Source: Amphiscolops sp. MND2022
Taxonomy: Eukaryota
Length of the DNA stretch: 64,000 bases
Direction: 5' to 3'
NCBI GenBank assembly: GCA_964187785.1
Contig: OZ076409.1
Span: 68,326,001-68,390,000, forward strand
Positions 62,601 to 64,000 of the stretch are shown here, in pieces. A program made the position numbers and the translations under genes. Below the pieces are notes generated by a model that saw only the letters and a program-made list of their open reading frames with translations, did no database searches and had not been told where the DNA came from. Numbering within the stretch: the stretch's first letter is position 1; the number at the start of each line of letters is the position of its first letter.

Positions 62601-63430
62601 TAATCATGTGAAATTACATAGAACAAAATGTGTTCATCCCGTGTGGCGAAACCATGGAATGGGTGATGGATGATTGTTGCGTTATATTGAATCGAAGTGG
62701 AAATTGTGTTTATTCAGGCCAGCAGCTGTCATCTCAAAGAGGGGGTTCAGGGGTTTCATCTGGCGGCCCTGGTACAGGGGGCAAAGGAAGGGGCAGGAGT
62801 GACGTATACCAACCGCCAATGCGAGGAGCAGGCGGAGTCAACCCTGTAAACAGTCATGCCTCTTCCAAAAGTGCTCATTACAACTCCAATGCCAACATGA
62901 CCGGAGCAGGTGGTGGAGGACCTCGATCTAACTTTGGCGGTCCATTGAGTCCTGAAAGCCCAATGGACAACGTAAATATTTCCTTGATCACCTCAAATAG
63001 AAAACATTGCTTCTTTGGTAGTGCTTCTAAGGCTTGACAAGACACACCGACTGTGAAATGGAGAATATTTAATAATAGAATTGACGCTAAACCAATACTA
63101 CACGCTCATTATTTCTTAGTTTTCGAAATTTAAGTTAAAAAAAATTAGTATAAAGTTGACTTGGTCAAAATTTTGTTCCAGGCTGACGTTTTGAAGTAAA
63201 TTTGATGAATCAGGTGTTCATAATACTGTTTCTCGACTTCTATGTATCGTCTTTCGTCTCCATTCCGTTGCATCATGTTATGAGTACTCTATCCCCACCT
63301 TTCAATTTTTTACGGGGATACTTATCAAAATGTATATCTTTGAAGATAATGGTTCAACTTTTACTCTTTTATCCAGGGCGTGATCAACAAATTCGCCGTA
63401 TTGAATACGGACGACGACGACGATCAGTAA
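50630..63430 (+). CDS. EIF4B: Eukaryotic translation initiation factor 4B (>=843 aa; first coding exon not established, candidate 49721-49760)
   Basis: Phase-consistent GT-AG exons 50630-50770, 50972-51141, 51363-51473, 51970-52168, 52478-52706, 54353-54541, 54936-55439, 57077-57271, 61719-62032, 62244-62414, 62718-62971, 63377-63430. Motifs KKEKGKTLSL, SWAD, RRM (PPFKAFISNV...RGSANIEF...GRQIRVEV), DRYG region, RLELKPRT, SIFGNAKPVDT, NKFAVL. Confidence 0.9.
53100..54170 (+). pseudogene. Tc1/mariner-superfamily transposase relic in an eIF4B intron
   Basis: FADESK, WSGI...VIGPFWF, QQPIAP, EEFGERII...SQNLNPLDF..GY...VY. Confidence 0.6.
55486..55566. repeat. Near-perfect palindrome, 40-bp arms with a 1-nt centre
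   Basis: catttgcaaaatgaaatcaaattgtattgaaattagattg-c-caatctaatttcaatacaatttgattttattttgcaaatg; one mismatch. Confidence 0.95.
56359..56928 (-). mobile_element. 5' fragment of a Copia-type LTR element (short LTR, iMet-like PBS, frameshifted gag) in an eIF4B intron
   Basis: ...TTTTCA then TGGTAGCAGGAGG, then MASSCSLKTPPLWEDGESFEKWKSEMEL...TELDKKKRG/fs/...REIALEI...LLDKL...AYSKFE. Confidence 0.65.
59030..59790 (-). pseudogene. Tc1/Tc3-like transposase relic in an eIF4B intron
   Basis: HTH (EIAEALGRS), HKSRHLEW, ITFTDEKRIWLNGPG, WPTWSPDCSP, SLPKRLVQVIASSGA. Confidence 0.75.
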
Positions 63431-64000
63431 TGGTTGTGCTCTGAAACAAAAACCAACAAACACTATTTTGTAATAACACCCCAGGAAGCAATGAGAGATT
63501 GGTGCCCTCCGTGGATTTTACACCATCATGACCGATCGCTCTGAGGAGCTGCTTTCTAGCTCTGCTTCCGGAACTGTTTGCGAAGCTAACTTCTGTTGTA
63601 CTTCTGGATTATTTGATAGGTGTAATTTGATGACAACAGTGATTGTTTTTTTTTCGTTCTTCTTCCGCCATGTGCCCACCTCGGACCTGTAAATAACGTG
63701 AATAAATGTGAACTATACTACCCTAGACGACACTTTGTCCTACACTATCAACCGCCCCCGAGACTTTCTTCTGACTTGCGTATATATAAAACAGACCTTC
63801 AATCATTTGTATAAGGACCGTGCTCTGCCGTTCTTCTGCTGACGACAGACAACCGACTGTAATCAAGATGAAGTTCTGGCAGCAATAGCACGTTGTCGTT
63901 GTTGTGATAGAAGAAACTTATTTTTGGTGATTTTGTGATTTTTTCTAATTAGAGTTTGTTTAAAGTAGCTAATGACTTTTTGATAGCAGAATGTACCACG

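Overview
Eukaryotic (animal-like, intron-containing) genomic DNA dominated by retroelements. The main feature is a young, complete 16.6-kb Ty3/Gypsy LTR retrotransposon at 8003-24636. It has 1675-bp LTRs about 99% identical, a GAGAA target-site duplication (TSD), a primer-binding site (PBS), a polypurine tract (PPT) and a gag/-1 frameshift/pol cassette. Its architecture is unusual. Gag starts ~580 nt inside the LTR with a myristoylation-type MGNKRS N-terminus. The 7-kb region between pol and the 3' LTR carries a five-exon ANTISENSE gene (~1110 aa) that looks like a BED-finger, catalytically dead hAT-transposase derivative, and also a 351-aa sense ORF that runs across the PPT into the LTR. Arrays of a bipartite TATRCG-N4-TATRCG motif sit in the LTRs and around and inside the antisense gene. 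The 3' end of a second, unrelated LTR element (1-4457) shows the same design with a different motif, and a solo LTR of a sister family lies at 5696-7004. The middle of the window (27-42 kb) is a tandemly duplicated block of decayed BEL/Pao, CRE-like and Gypsy relics. After a 200-N gap come a divergent TK1-type thymidine kinase gene, an 84-bp satellite and a 12+-exon eIF4B gene with an expanded DRYG region and TE relics in its introns. All homology calls are by-eye motif recognition; no searches were run.
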